This document shows, piece after piece, positions 1 to 14,100 of a stretch of 64,000 nt of DNA; positions within the stretch are counted from its first letter, which is position 1, and each line of letters starts with the position of its first letter. Source of the DNA: the human T2T-CHM13v2.0 reference genome, Homo sapiens; NCBI RefSeq assembly GCF_009914755.1, contig NC_060937.1; one strand, written 5' to 3'. The translations under genes and the position numbers were made by a program. Under the pieces are notes generated by a model that had not been told where the DNA came from, made no database searches, and was given only the letters and a program-made list of their open reading frames with translations.

Positions 1-95
1 TTTTGGTTATTGTAGCCTTGTAGTGTAGTTTGAAGTCAGGTAGTGTGATGCCTTTAGCTTTGTTCTTTTCGAAATTTTGCTTAGAAATTTTAGGA
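1..95 (-). mobile_element. L1 ORF2 fragment continuing past the window edge
   Basis: TTTTGGTTATTGTAGCCTTGTAGTGTAGTTTGAAGTCAGGTAG matches the antisense L1 ORF2 segment also seen at about 42836-42905. Confidence 0.85.
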
Positions 96-1849
96 TCATA
101 TAAGTATTCCTAGATGTTTCCTTTTTCTGTTTGCATATATCAGTTATTAAAGATTTTATTAAACAGTATATGATGTATGAAAGTCGTATTGTTAACAAAT
201 GTATATGAAATCATATTAAAATAAGAGCTCTAGGATGTTCTTGTTAGGCCAGCAGACAAAGTCATCTGCCAAGATAATGAATCATCAGCTACTCTGATGT
301 TTAAGAACTGTGCCTCTGGAAGTTAACACCACCCCTACTACACAAATCATGCAATGAGAAAAGTGAACTAGACATTTCAAGTTGTAGGATTTTTATTTAG
401 CATATTACTGAAATGTAATGGACTAAAGAACTAAAGAAAAAGATGGGCAAAGAAATTGAGTTGTGAAAATAAATGTAGTATATAAACATATGCAGTTGTC
501 TTTCATAGAATGATGTAAATGGAACATTGAATTACTGTCAGCAAATTAGTGTCTGAGAAAACATTTGGAGAGTCACAAATCTGGGGAAGAATGGAGACCA
601 TTATTCAGATAATTAGTGAAAAGCAAATTGCTTCTCTTAAAAACAAGAATTTATAAACAATCTGTCCACATTGATTAAAGTCACTGAATAAATGTTCATC
701 TGTCATTTCACGTTCCCTGTATATATAGAACCTAAGAATAGGTCATGTCATTGTGATGAAAATAACTGAATTTGACATATGACAGGAAATGAGGTCACCC
801 TACAGTAAATTGTCTCTTCCAGAGCAATTATCTATTCATGGCATAAATCCTATACAATTCTAGTTTTCCTTTACGTACCTCTTTGTTTCTTCTATGTCTT
901 GTTAACAAGTGTTTTATTTGCTCGTATCAAAATCCCCTTCTGTTCAATCTCAGTAGATGCTTTCATTGAAAACTGATGGATATTCTCCAGTGAATGCTGA
1001 AGAATGCCAGATAAACACTATTTTCTTAGACAGAATCAATTTTCAAACAATAAACTTTCAGGAAAAGTAGAGTTTATTGCAGTAAGTATATGCATACTTG
1101 ATAATTACTTTAAAATTTTACTTTAAAATTTCTTTTCATTAGCCACATGAAGAAACCTCTGGAGAGGGGAATGAGTTTCACATTTTCATTTCACTTCAGA
1201 TTTAGGCTGGCCTCATCCTCTAGCCCAATGATAAACACACACCTTCACAAGTAGGGCAAGCGAATACATCCATTATTATTCTAGTAGGGACACTATGCTT
1301 CATTATAGGCCAAATTTTAATTTTTTATGTAATTATTTTTAATTGCAATAATTATTCATTTATCAAAAGTATATCTTCTTATGCTCTAATCTATCTGAAA
1401 TGTAACTATTACCTTATTTTGATAATGGGCACCATAAAAATATGTAATACTAATATTTCAGATGGACTAATACACAATGCAGGACCTCTGGAGAGGGGAT
1501 GTTTTATGGACCACCTAACATCAGCTTGGGGGAAAATCATAATTTTAATGATTTATCAGGGTTACGTAAACTGTACAACTGTTGTTGGAATGCAAAGGAT
1601 ACAAGGATAATAATAATACAAGGATTGACACAAGGATAATATGAAAGGCAAATAGAAAATAATATCAGAGTATTTCAACTAATACATAATTGTAAGTATG
1701 TAAGCTGTCCCCTCTGCTGGCCTTCTAAAAATAATTTTATCTCAAAGCACAGAAAATTAGTAATAAGTTGTAGCCACTAAAAATATTGTTATATCCTATT
1801 TAAACTCCTAGCATTTAAAAAATATTCACAAATACGTAAACATTTAAGT

Positions 1850-2357
1850 GTTGTTTTCAGATATTGTCAATATTCCACCGATGATTACTCTGATGCCTTT
1901 CTCATTTTCATGCACATGGACTTCTGGTGTGCTTTCACTTCCAACAGCCGGAACTTGCATCTCCTTACCAGACCCTTGCCCTAGCCTTCCATATCGCATT
2001 ACGCCCTTCATCTGTGTACTAAGAACCTTCGGTGACAGGGAATTCATGTCTCCCAATAGGTATCCCGTAGACAATAATAGATAGGCGATGAGGTATAAAT
2101 CTTCTGGCTTTCTTGTTCCTGATTACCACAACTTATGTAAGATCTATATTATCTCCAAAACTCCAAAGCTTCATTTAATCAAAGTTACCACCTGTGGAAA
2201 CTTGCTTGCTATTGTGCCTTTGCCTGAGCTCCTTAGATTCTTACTTTCTCACTTTCTCACTCTCACAGCACCCCACCTACCTCCTGGAATATTTCCTATG
2301 CACTTCTGCTTAAATTCTTGTTTCAGCGTTTGCTTCTAGGAAATCCAAACTGAGACA
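1850..2357 (+). mobile_element. 5' LTR of ERVL provirus (LTR16-like)
   Basis: Ends GTTTGCTTCTAGGAAATCCAAACTGAGACA, like the LTR16-family 3' end; followed by a degraded ERVL PBS/leader (TCTGGTTTCCAATGTGGTTCTAGG); start approximate. Confidence 0.65.
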
Positions 2358-2619
2358 TCTGGTTTCCAATGTGGTTCTAGGTAGCAGAGTCTCAGGATAG
2401 AATTCTCGAGTTGAGTCTTCTTTGGCCAGATAACAAAAGGGGCCACGGCGTCCATAAAAGTAGAGTATTAATTATTCATGCTATATGGTAGCATTATTGT
2501 AGCTAAGAAAGCCTGTAGGTAATTGGGATGTGATTCACATTGAAGGAAACCTAATAGTTTCTAAAAAATATCTACCACTAAACAGATATGGGGAATAATA
2601 GTAATTTAAGACATAATGA

Positions 2620-2938
2620 AGCTGGGCACAGTGGCTTATGCCTGTAATCTCAGCACTTTGAGAGACTGAGGCAAGAGGATCGGGCTGGTTCAAGACCAGC
2701 CTGAGCAACATGGTGAGAACTTGTCTCTGTTAAAATAAAATAAAATAAAATAAAATAAAATAAAATAAAATAAAATAAAATAAAAATTAGCCAGGTGTGG
2801 TGGTACACACCCATTATCTCAGCTACTTGGGAGGCTGAGGGGGAAGAATCCCTTAAGCCTGGGAGGTCAAGGCTGCAGTGAGCTGTGATCATGCCACTGC
2901 ACTCCTGCCTAGGCAACAGAGCAAGATCCTGTCTCAAA
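2620..2938 (+). mobile_element. AluJ (Jo-like) with expanded (TAAAA)n linker, inserted in the ERVL
   Basis: Alu dimer; GGGAGGTCAAGGCTGCAGTGAGCTGTGATC is J-type; (TAAAA)n at ~2731-2786. Confidence 0.9.
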
Positions 2939-5900
2939 GCAATTTTTTTAAAATTGCAAATTTATTTTTTCCCTTGAGGTCTAAAAAATAAAAGATTTTG
3001 CATTTGTTGGTTTTGCTAAGTTCCACCGGTGCCCTGGAGGAAAACAAAGCTATCGAGCCAACTGTTTACCAACTCATGGCATGGTGAGCATTTCAGCTTG
3101 TCTTCATGGGATCAGAGACCTTTATCTCCAATACTTAGAGGCTTTGATCATAAGGCGAGCAGAACTAGAAAGAAGGGTAATATTTAAGCTTCCGCAAATC
3201 ACCAGTGTCTAAGTAAACCAGGGGAGCTGTTAAGACATGTTTTTATTAATCTGGTCTCCTTATCAGTAGAGTAGATAAAACGCTGCTGGAAAAGTGGCGG
3301 TCAGGTGGCAGCACTAAACCACTAGATGTATGACAGACATAATCACCTTAACAGACTCTGGGATCAAATGGAAAGCATGGGACATGACCTAAAGAGAATT
3401 ATGACAGTGGCCAATTGATTATAGTGGTCCTTGTGAAAAATTAATTAATAGTCAAAAATGTCTAATGATACATTTGATATTAAAAAGAGAATGATTTACA
3501 AGGCTGTTATCAGCTGTTCCACTGAAAAAAAATCACAATATCTTATATAGTATCTGAGATATTCCTCAGACCGGAGATAATCAGTTGAAAAGACTAATAT
3601 TTCTTGAAGAATCATACCATGACACAGAAAATATATGCACTAATAATCCCTCCATTCCTTCTCCAAATGTGTGATCATTCACCTAAGTAACTGTAGACTG
3701 GGGAAAGAGAAATACACAAATTCTATAAGAGATATTTGACATTTTGTCAAAGTTACATTGATACTATGGATTGTCATTTGTGCAGAGGTATACAGAAGAC
3801 AGATAGTAAGCAGAAGCCTGGCCAAAGTTTGTTTCTCATTGGTTCCAGTACATCCAAGGTAGCTAGTTAGCAGTGCCTCAGTATAAATTCAAAATGGATA
3901 TATATATATATATATTACCTGTAAAATGCATTAATTTCAATTATTGCCACTTCTCAAGATTTTAAATTAAAAGCAGTGACATATATTGAGAAGCAAGGCA
4001 GAGATCAAAACCACTTTCACTGGCACAAAGATAAAGGGTTATTTGTGCTTGTCATGTCTTCATTTATTTGACATTCTAGCCCCTGGAAAAAACATCTTAT
4101 TGTAGATGATGGTATACCTCTGCAATCTTAATCAATACTCTCTGTGCCCTGATAGGTTATATGTTATGGATTTGGTATAGGTATTCTTTTAAAAATGTAT
4201 GAGGACAAAAACATTCACTCATTTTGGACAATACTACAAATTTAAGGTATTGTTCTAAGGCTATACTTATTCTTCTGCCCTCTACTAAAATATATTCCAA
4301 AAGGACCTTGAAAATGTATATACACCACATAAATACATTGGTTATATTGTGTCCATTAGACATGAAGAGCACATAGTGGTAAAATTCTAGATGTCTTTCT
4401 AAGATAAAATCCTGAGGGTGGAAAATAAACTCTAGAAAACATTAGTGATTTCCATAATGTATAAACTTTTAAGATTCTAGGAATGAGGAGGATGACAAGA
4501 TATATCCTCCAGGCTGAAAGAAAAGTCTTTGTATACTGGAGTTCCTACACCACCACTCTGTGCTTGGTAAGCCAGTTTGGATTTTGGCCTACTTTGGGAA
4601 GTACTTCTCTGAATAATTATTGGATAAATTGAAGGCTGTCAGTGGTGAGTGGGTACAATCGCATATTCTTTTTGTTCTATGAGACCTCATATATTCAGTT
4701 GTGCTACTGGAGATAACAGTGGTAAATTGTGTGCCATTTGGAAACTGAAAGCTCTATAGCGAGTTGTAGGACACGAACCTAGGATTCAAGAACAAAACTG
4801 TGCTGTTTGCAACAAACAACCATATGTCATCTGCAAACTTTGAGTAGGCACAGAAGCTGTCTACCAGGTAATAGCAATGGTCAACCTGGAGTAAAGACTA
4901 TTAGGTGCCAAGGACATAGAAAGTTATGGTACTAGATAGCCAGTGCCTCAGGTCATAAACATCTACTCAAGTAATGATGCTCCTTTAGCTTACATTTATG
5001 TGCCGAAGGGATTTCTTTAGAATCTGCTGATGGAGGAAAAATAGGTCCTACTTTGTGTATAGTTTACCTCAGCATATTTTTATGAGCTGAAAATGACTTT
5101 GCCAGAAAACACCACCACCAAGCATGGAGGTCCTTGAAAGAGGGGTGAGTGGAAATCTTCTAAATAACAGAGTTCAGGAGATGCACCTGGCCATCCACGG
5201 TGAAGAGTGATATAGTCTGAGATAAGAATATTTATGAACTCTTAGAGAATGGCTAATAGCTTAGCTTGTTGGTTTGGGGGCTTGGAAGGAGCAATATTTG
5301 AAGAAAGAGATAAGGAAGTCTGGGGAATAGTCATGTGGGTGGAACAATGGTACCAAGGTTTGAGAAAGGCTGAATCTCAAATTAATGCATAACCTAGATC
5401 ACACACTTAAAAAGAAGCACTAACCACAAGGGGACAAAAATATTTATCACATAGATATTAGCCAGCCTCTATTCTCAGTGACTGAGCAGTGGGCTTATAA
5501 ATTAAGTAGATGTACAGCTATGTGTAGGCCCAGCAACGTAGTCTTCCTCTCACCAAGGCTGATGTGGTTATTCCCATTACTGAAAATCTAAATTGTGAGG
5601 TATAGAATTCCAACACATGTCTCAAAGAAATCCACCGGAAGTTGTGTCAAGTTGTCAGAGTAAGGCTTTTCAAACTTTTAAAGGGCAGTAATTTATTCTG
5701 AACAGGGTCAATTTGTGTTTTTTGTAAGAGTTTGCCTTTTTGACTACAGAACACTGGAATAGCAGCACTATACAAGGACTAAGAGAATATGTCCTTTACG
5801 ATCATGGGATCCCACACAACACTGATGCTGCACAGGCCAAAATATCTGCTCTTCAATGAGAATACGACATTGTGGGACCTACTGCTCATGCCTCATAGTA

Positions 5901-5985
5901 AATTACTTAGGGCTGCTGTTTTGATAGGACATTGGAAAGACCTTTTAAAGACATACCTACAGTGCCAATTTGAAGCTCCTGATGG

Positions 5986-6488
5986 TGATGCAAAGCAGGT
6001 GAACCCCAAACTGGGGCTTAGTCTGGAAGGGTTCTTTGTTTTACCCAGGATAGATATCAAGAATGAGCTGGTGGTAGAAGAAAATGGCTTTACTGAAGTG
6101 GCAGTGTTACAGCTTCAGTGGTATTACAGCTCAGGCAGTGTTATAGCTCCATGACTGATCCTGCAGAGCAGTGCAGCTACCCCATAGTGAGTATGCTGAG
6201 AGAACCAGCTCAGGGCAGTTCTGCAGAAATATGTAAACCTACTTTTAATTACATGCAAATTAAAGGGCAGTTTATGCAGAAATTTCTAAGGAAAGCGTAA
6301 TAACTTCTGGGTCATCGGATCATTGTCACTCCTGGGTTTTGCCATGGCAATGGTAAACAAACATGGCACACAGGTGGGCATATCTTTATAGAAAGCTGCT
6401 GCTTCTGCCCTGTCCCTGTTTTAGCAAGTCCTTGATTTGGTCAGTATCCTAATCCTGACTCCAGAATTGAGTCTTGCCTCCTATCTCA
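5986..6488 (-). mobile_element. Solo ERV1 LTR (MER66-like) inserted into the ERVL integrase
   Basis: TG...CA ends with perfect 4-bp TSD ATGG (5982-5985 and 6489-6492); minus strand starts TGAGATAGGAGGCAAGACTCAATTCTGGAG. Confidence 0.8.
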
Positions 6489-7059
6489 ATGGCACACTAT
6501 GGGTTTAGGATACTGTTTTTCAACATGCAGTATATGCCAGGAATCAATGGCCACTGTGTAGTTCTATGCCTCTGAAAGAATGAATAAACATGTCTGGGAA
6601 TCGAGGGTCTGAAGTAAGAATGTCTCTTCTCACCTTCACTCCAAGGAATTTATTTGAAGAAGATATATTTCTTGTCCTTACAATTTTAAACACAGTATCT
6701 AGAGTTCCTGGGAATCACCAGGGAACACATCAAGACTTCCACTGAAAATAGATGTACCACTGCCATCTGGTCATTTTTATATACTTGTTACAATAAGCAA
6801 GTAGGCAAATAAATGAAACAAATTATTAATCTTGATCATCATGAGATGGTAGGATATTAGACATTGAATGCGAGTAGGAAAATGTAAGTCTGGAAACCTC
6901 GGGAATCCACTGTCCATCTCTTCATGCTCCCATATATTGTTGAACTGTGGTCAGGTAATTATCAGGCAAGTGAATGGCCACCAGAGGTATAGGGATGTGA
7001 GTCTTGAAGGGTACTCAGGAGAGCATCATACACTACAGAAGTGTAGACTCAGGGTAAAC

Positions 7060-7738
7060 TACAGTGGATGGTAGAGACAGTCTTTTCAACCTCAAAGGTG
7101 CAATGATTTGTTCTGATGAGGCTTGAAATATCTTTTGGCAATTATAGCCTTGGCAACAACTTTAGCAGCAGGAACTACAGTTCATTGCAGTAATTGTTCT
7201 CTTGTAGAATTCAACCCTTTGTAATCATGACTAGTTATCATTCTGAAGAATCCATGTAGAGAATCCAGTGTGAGGCATGAGTGTATCCAAGGCTGCAACA
7301 AATGTTGGTGTTGCTTTGTCTGATCACTGTCATATTCCTTCATCAATTTTGTGCACATTGCTCTCCAATGTGCTTTTATTACCAACAACCAGAACTGAGG
7401 GCCTTTATGGAAGAGCTACCCTTAGTCTCCTGGAGAGCACGTTTTCTGCAAGTGCAGAGGTAGCTGGAAGTGCCTGCGAATTTACATCTCCTCAGGGGCA
7501 GCCCTTAGCTAATGTCTGATTGGTTTGGTACAATTGATTTGGACTTCACTGAAGTATAACCTACATTGCTTTATGAGCTCAGTGGGACTTAATATTACAA
7601 ACGTGCTTGCCCTTCTTCCTTTCTCAGGCCCACTCTCCCACTCTGTACTGGTGTTTTCCGGAAATGCTTCCTTTCTAATGAACCACCCTCATAGAATTCT
7701 TCATCTCAGAGTCTGCTTCTGACAAACCCATTCTATAA
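7060..7738 (+). mobile_element. 3' LTR of ERVL provirus (LTR16-like)
   Basis: Follows PPT-like CAGGGTAAAC; contains GAATTTACATCTCCTCAGGGGCAGCCCTTAGCTAATG and ends CTCAGAGTCTGCTTCTGACAAACCC; shares motifs with the 5' LTR. Confidence 0.7.
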
Positions 7739-7750
7739 AAAGCACAATGT

Positions 7751-8047
<297 letters not shown>

Positions 8048-8604
8048 TCATTGTAAAAATAATGTTCCAAATTTTCACTAGGAAATTTATTATACATTAG
8101 AGTAAAATAAGCTTAAAGACAGTAAGATGATATCATGCCATAAATGCAGCAATATATACTTTTATTATTACTCACTGGTTTAGCTTTTCCTATCCCTTAC
8201 ATAAATAAAGATAATTTTTAAAAAATAGCTGACTATATTAGTCAGTATAAACACACACACAAAATAACTTGTTCCACTTGATAGCTTATTATGACCTGAC
8301 TTGAGAGAAAACATTTACTTTGCAAACTGCAAATGAAGTTCGTTGAATGTAATTGAATTAAGTACTCTTTGATATATTTTTGACAAATCTTTGAAATACA
8401 TTTATGCAGAGGCTAAAAATCTTGCATTTTCTTATCAATTTAAAATTTTCTATTATTTAAATACAAATAAATACATATATAATTGTAAACAGACAAATTC
8501 AAACTATGTTTCTAAAGAAATTAAATATTACTTCTATTAATATATTATGAGTAGAATTGAAACACCCCAATGGCACCTTCCTCCTTCCTGTGTTTTACTT
8601 TATG

Positions 8605-10051
8605 TAATTTTATTCAGGAATAATTCACATGCAATAAAACTGCATCATTCCAAAGTGTACAATTTGGTGAGTTTTGAGAGTTGCACAAACCTGTAAAACC
8701 ACAAACACAATCAAGACTCAGAACATTTCAGTCACCCCCAAAGCTTCTTTATATTACTTTGCAGTGTATATTTCTCTCGGCTGCTGGCCCGTGTGAACAT
8801 TGATCTGCTTTCTGTCACTATAATTAATTTGCCTTTTTATATAAATGAACTTGTATGGCATGAAATTTTTTGTGACTGGTTTCTTTCATTCAACATGATT
8901 TTGAGATTCATCTATGTTGTTCGGCATAACAGTAGTCATCCCTGTTTATCACATAGAGTCCTTTGAATGCTTCACTCTGCTTCTTTGACAGGTGATACCT
9001 TATATAACTGTAGTAGGATATCAAAACCATGATATGATAACTTTAAATAGACTACATACCATATTCAGTTTTCACCATTTCTTTACATGTATCCACACGT
9101 GTGTGTACATTTGTATGCAATTCTGTCCCATATAGAGATTTGTATAACCACCAACTAAATCAGCATACAAAATTATTATATTACCATCAAGAAATCCCTC
9201 ATTCTATCCCTTTATATTCTCACTCCTCCCACACACCATCCCTGTCGCTTGGCAACCACTATTTTGTTCTTATTCTTCATAATTTTGTCATTTCAAAAAT
9301 GTTACATAAGCAGAATCATAGAGTATGTACTCTTTCAAAATTCATTTTACACAGAACCTAATGCCTTTGAGATGCATACTAGGGTTGCTTTTATCAATAA
9401 TCTATCTCCTTTCACCCTTGTCTAATGTCTTGCTGAGTGAAAAGAGTGTATTTTGTTTTCTGTTCACCTGTTGATGAACGTTTGTGTTATTTGAAAATTT
9501 TGCCATTATGATTAAAGCTATTATGAATATTCATGTACAAGTATTTGATTCTAATGTATTCTCATTTTTCTTTGTTAAATGCCTAGCAGTGGAATTTCTG
9601 GGTTTTATGGTCAGTGCTTACTAACATTTTAAGAAACTGTTAAACATTTTCCAACTGGTAGTGACATTTTACTTTCCACTACCATTACCTTGTTGGACTG
9701 TTTATTATTGAGTTTTACATTGAGTCGCAGTATTTTCTCCCTTCATATGATTTGTGTTTTCATTTTGTTAATGGAAACAAAGAGCAAAAGTTTTTCACTT
9801 TGATAAAGCTTAAACTCTTCATTTTTCTTAATATTATAATTTACTCTATTTGTGTACTATATAAAAAACCCAAGTCCTGAGAGGGCTTTGAGGAGGTTTT
9901 AGTGTGGTCTTTCACATTTAGGGTAATCAAATTTGAAAAAAAAAAAAAGGTTATTGTGTAAGCTAAGTGTTGATGCTTTCTTTTCCCCCATAGCACCGTT
10001 TCTAGAAGGGTTTTCCTTCCTTCCCACATTGAGTTATGAAATAATTTTGTC
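8605..10051 (-). mobile_element. Old L1M (MC/ME-type) 3' end fragments
   Basis: Antisense L1 3'UTR/ORF2 motifs (AAAGTGTACAATTTGGTGAGTTTTG, TGAATATTCATGTACAAG, ACATTTTACTTTCCACT). Confidence 0.7.
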
Positions 10052-10064
10052 AAAAAGCAATTGA

Positions 10065-10910
10065 TAGAATGATTTATATTCCTTTGGGTATATACCCAGT
10101 AATGGGATTGCTGAGTCGAATGGGATTTCTGTCTTCAGGTCTTTGAGGAATCACCACACTGTCATCCACAATTGTTAAACCAATGTACACTCCCGTCAAG
10201 AGTGTACAAGCTTTCCCTTTTCTCCACAACCTCACCAGGATCTGTTGTTTTTTGATGTTTTAATAGCAGCCATTTTGACCGGTGTTAGATGGTATCTCAC
10301 TGTGATTTCGATTTGCATTCTTCTAATGATTGGTGATCTTGAACTTGTATTCGTATGATTGTTGGCCACGTGTATTTCTTATTTTGAAAAGTGTTCATAT
10401 TCATTGCTCACTTTTTATGGAGTTATAGGTTATAAAGACACATGCACACACATGTTCACTGCAGCACTATTCACAACAGCAAAGATATGGAATCTATCTA
10501 AATGCCCATCATTGGTAGACTGGATAAAGAAAATGTGGTACATGTACATCATGGAATACTAGGCAACCATAAAAAAGAACAAGATCATGTTCTTTCCAGG
10601 GACATGGATGGAGTTGGAGGCCATTATCCTTAGCAAACTAACACAGGAACAGAAAACCAAATACTGCATGTTCTCACTTTTAAGTGAGAACACATGGAGA
10701 CATAGAGGAAGAAGACACACTGAGGCCTACTGGAGGGCAGAGGGTGGGAGGAGGGAGAAGATCAGAAATAACAACTAATGGGTACTAGGCTTAATACCTG
10801 GGTGATGGAATAATTTGTACAACCAATCCCCATGACACAAGTTTACCTATGTAAGAAACCAGCATTTGTACCCCTGAATTTAAAAATTTTAAAAATGAAA
10901 GTAAAAATAA
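10065..10910 (+). mobile_element. L1PA (PA11-13-like) with 5' inversion: antisense 10065-~10429, sense ~10430-10910
   Basis: 13-bp TSD AAAAAGCAATTGA (10052-10064 and 10911-10923); L1PA 3'UTR and A tail. Confidence 0.9.
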
Positions 10911-11000
10911 AAAAAGCAATTGAACATGTGTGAAGGTCTATTTCTGGACTGTCTCATCAGTTTCATTGATCTATATGTCTTTTGTTTTACCAACTCTTAA

Positions 11001-11297
<297 letters not shown>

Positions 11298-11299
11298 CT

Positions 11300-14100
11300 G
11301 TTGTTTTATATAAGTCAAGATTAGGTACAATAAGTACTTCAGTGTAGTTCTACTTTCTTAGATTTGCCTTGGCAGTTATATTTTCATATAATATATAAAT
11401 TGACTTGCCAATTTCAACCAAAATGCCTGCTAGATTTGCATGGAGTTGACCTCTGTATGTTGGCAAATTTTTGTAAATTGAAATTTTATTTTCCAAATTG
11501 TTGATATTATATATCTTTTCAATTATTTCAGTCTTTTTTAATGCACGTCAGTGTTCTGTAGTTTGCAGTGTATGTGTGTGTGTTGAGAAAAAGAGAGAGA
11601 GGGAGAGTATAATTTTCTAAAATCCCTTTGTTAGATGAAAAAAATTCAATTCTATTCCTTTTTCTGTGAGAGTTATGAATATGTGTTGAATCTTCTTAAA
11701 TCTTTTTTCACACCTTTGGAGATGCTAATGTGATTTAGTTTCCTCTTTTTCTACGAACAGATTATATTATGTGATGTAATTTTTGCAGGTTAAGTCAACT
11801 CTGCATTGCTGAGATAAACCTGACTCCTTCATTTTATATATATGTATATAATGCTGTATTCTATGAATTAAATTTTATTAAAGATTATTCATTTATGGTA
11901 TTGGTGGATAAAAGTTTGAAGTATTGTCTTGTATTATCTTCCTAGCAATATCTGTTTCTGACATGAATTTGGATAAAATAATTCCTGGAGATTGTTTCTT
12001 TGACCCATGTTTTATTTCAAGATATGAAGAATAATTTCCAAATATTTAAACTGTCCCTGGATTACTCTTTGTTTTTGATTTACTATTTATTTATGCATTA
12101 CATATTATACTGCATATAATATCAAACATAACACATTTTCTGAGCCTTTGTTTTTTTTGGCCCAGCATATCTTTATCCTGGTGAGTGATCCATGTGTACC
12201 CTAGAAGATATTCTGTCTTTATTGTTTACAGTGCCCTGTACATATAATTTAAGCCAAGACGGTTGATAACGTTGTTTGAATACTCTATAAATTATTTGAC
12301 TAGTTGTGCTTTTAATTGCTAAGTGTTAAAATTTTCACTCTGATTGAGCACTTATTTATTTCTTTCATTGTTTCTGCCAACTTTTGCCTTTTGTAATAAT
12401 GAGACTCTTTAATTAGATGCATAAAAACTTACGATACTTAAGTTACACTGAGAAATGATCCTTTCCTCATTGTGAAATTACCTCTTTATTTCTAATATTG
12501 TCTCCATCTTTATTCCCTCTGATGCTACTATAGCCACATCAGCCTATATTTATGGTTTTTATTGAACGCATTTTTTCACTCACTCTTTTCAGCCTCTTTA
12601 TGCCTTATAATTAAGATAACCTTCTTGCAGAATAGTATATAATTGAGTGTTATGTTTTTATCTATTATTATGTCTGACTTTTAATTGTAGAGTTTAGTTC
12701 ATTAACATTGAATGTAATGATTGATATGATTGCACTTACATCATCTATTTATTATATGTTTACTACTGTCCCTTCTGTTTTTGTATTAACTGCCATTTTT
12801 ATTATGCAAAAATATTCCAATTTTGTTACTATTAATATATTGGTGTTTTAGCTATATGCCTTTATATTTTTTATAATTTTTCTTTAATTACAATATTATA
12901 CTTAAATTGTCGCAGCCTATTAAGATTTTTGTTAAATAAAGCATAGAAAACTTGCAACCATATTAGGTCCAGTCCCCATCACCCTCTGTGCTTTAAATGA
13001 CATAGGTATTATATTCTACATATATTCCCACCATAATATTGCATAATTTTTGTTATGGACAATCATATATATTTTAAATACATTAATAAAAAAGATTTTA
13101 TTTTTACCCATATATTTAACATTTCCAATATTTTCATTCAATTCTAACGATTGTGATTTTTTCCAGTTTCATTTTTCTTCAAGCTGAAAATCTTTTAGTA
13201 TTTCTTGTACTTCTTGTATGAGAACAATCTATTATTACCTTACTTTTCTTTTTCGTGAATGTACCTTTCAATGACCTTACCTTGAAGCATATTTTTGCTA
13301 AATCCAGAAAAAGAGTAGATGGTTTTTCTTCTTTCAGCATTTTAAAGATATTGCTCCATAGATTTTTGTTCTCCGTTGTTTTTGATCAGGTTCTTATTAT
13401 TTTATCATTTTTCTCTGGCTTCTGTTGAGATTTTTTTCTTTATCCTTAGTTTTCAGAAGTTGGCTTTGATATGTCTAAGTGATGTGCTCTTCAACTTTAT
13501 TTTTTTTTCTGTTGAGCTTTGCTGAGCTCTTCAATGTTTGCAGCTATGTCCTTCAAAATGTGAGAGAAGATTTTGTCCATTATTCTATCACTTATGTGTT
13601 TTTCATTCTGGAGCAGTTCATTTTCTCTTTCCTCTCATTCTGGGTTTCAAATGAACGATATGTTAAATGTGATATTGTCCCAAAGATCATGAAGCTATTT
13701 TTAATTTTGTCAGTCCTTTTATCTCTTCTACTCAAATTGAATAATTTATTTTTCTTCAAATTTCTGTGACATTTTTCTTTCAACTTCATTCCATTATTTT
13801 ATTTGTTCTAGACACCAAATTTTTCAGTTCTATGATTTACCATTTTATGATATATTTCTGTGCTGAGATTCTTAAGTTTTCATTTATTTAAATTGTATAC
13901 AACTTTACTACATTGAGCACAACAATAACGGCTTCTGTATATATAGTTTTTTCTTATCTGTCATCTCAGGATTGACATTTGTTGATCTCTTGAAACAAGA
14001 ATGGATCATAGTCCCCAGTACTTTACAGTTTGAGTCTTGTATTATTGCATCACAGATAATATAAATGCTATATTGCAGAGATTGAGAATTCTGCTAGTTG
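11300..14100 (-). mobile_element. Old L1M body (ORF2 to ORF1 remnants)
   Basis: T-rich antisense L1; ORF1 C-terminal remnant at ~13150-13400 (TTTCAGCATTTTAAAGATATTGCTCCA); boundaries approximate. Confidence 0.65.

Larger units (their letters stand above)
2358..7059 (+). mobile_element. Degraded ERVL internal region (gag-pro-pol, no env seen; HERV16/ERV3-16A3-like)
   Basis: Frameshifted remnants in canonical order: gag GQVAALNH (~3299), protease VTVxWGK..LDT (~3680-3765), RT (~4070-4600), RNase H resembling GKSSQWAEL/GAWKEQ/DKEVWG (~5040-5350), integrase AQQxxLPLTKAD and AAxLIxxWxxLLKxxLQCQ (~5480-5980). Confidence 0.8.

Noticed and set aside
5789-6154. 121-aa ORF as a possible novel protein
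   Set aside because: Chance fusion of an ERVL integrase remnant with the antisense strand of the inserted LTR at 5986.
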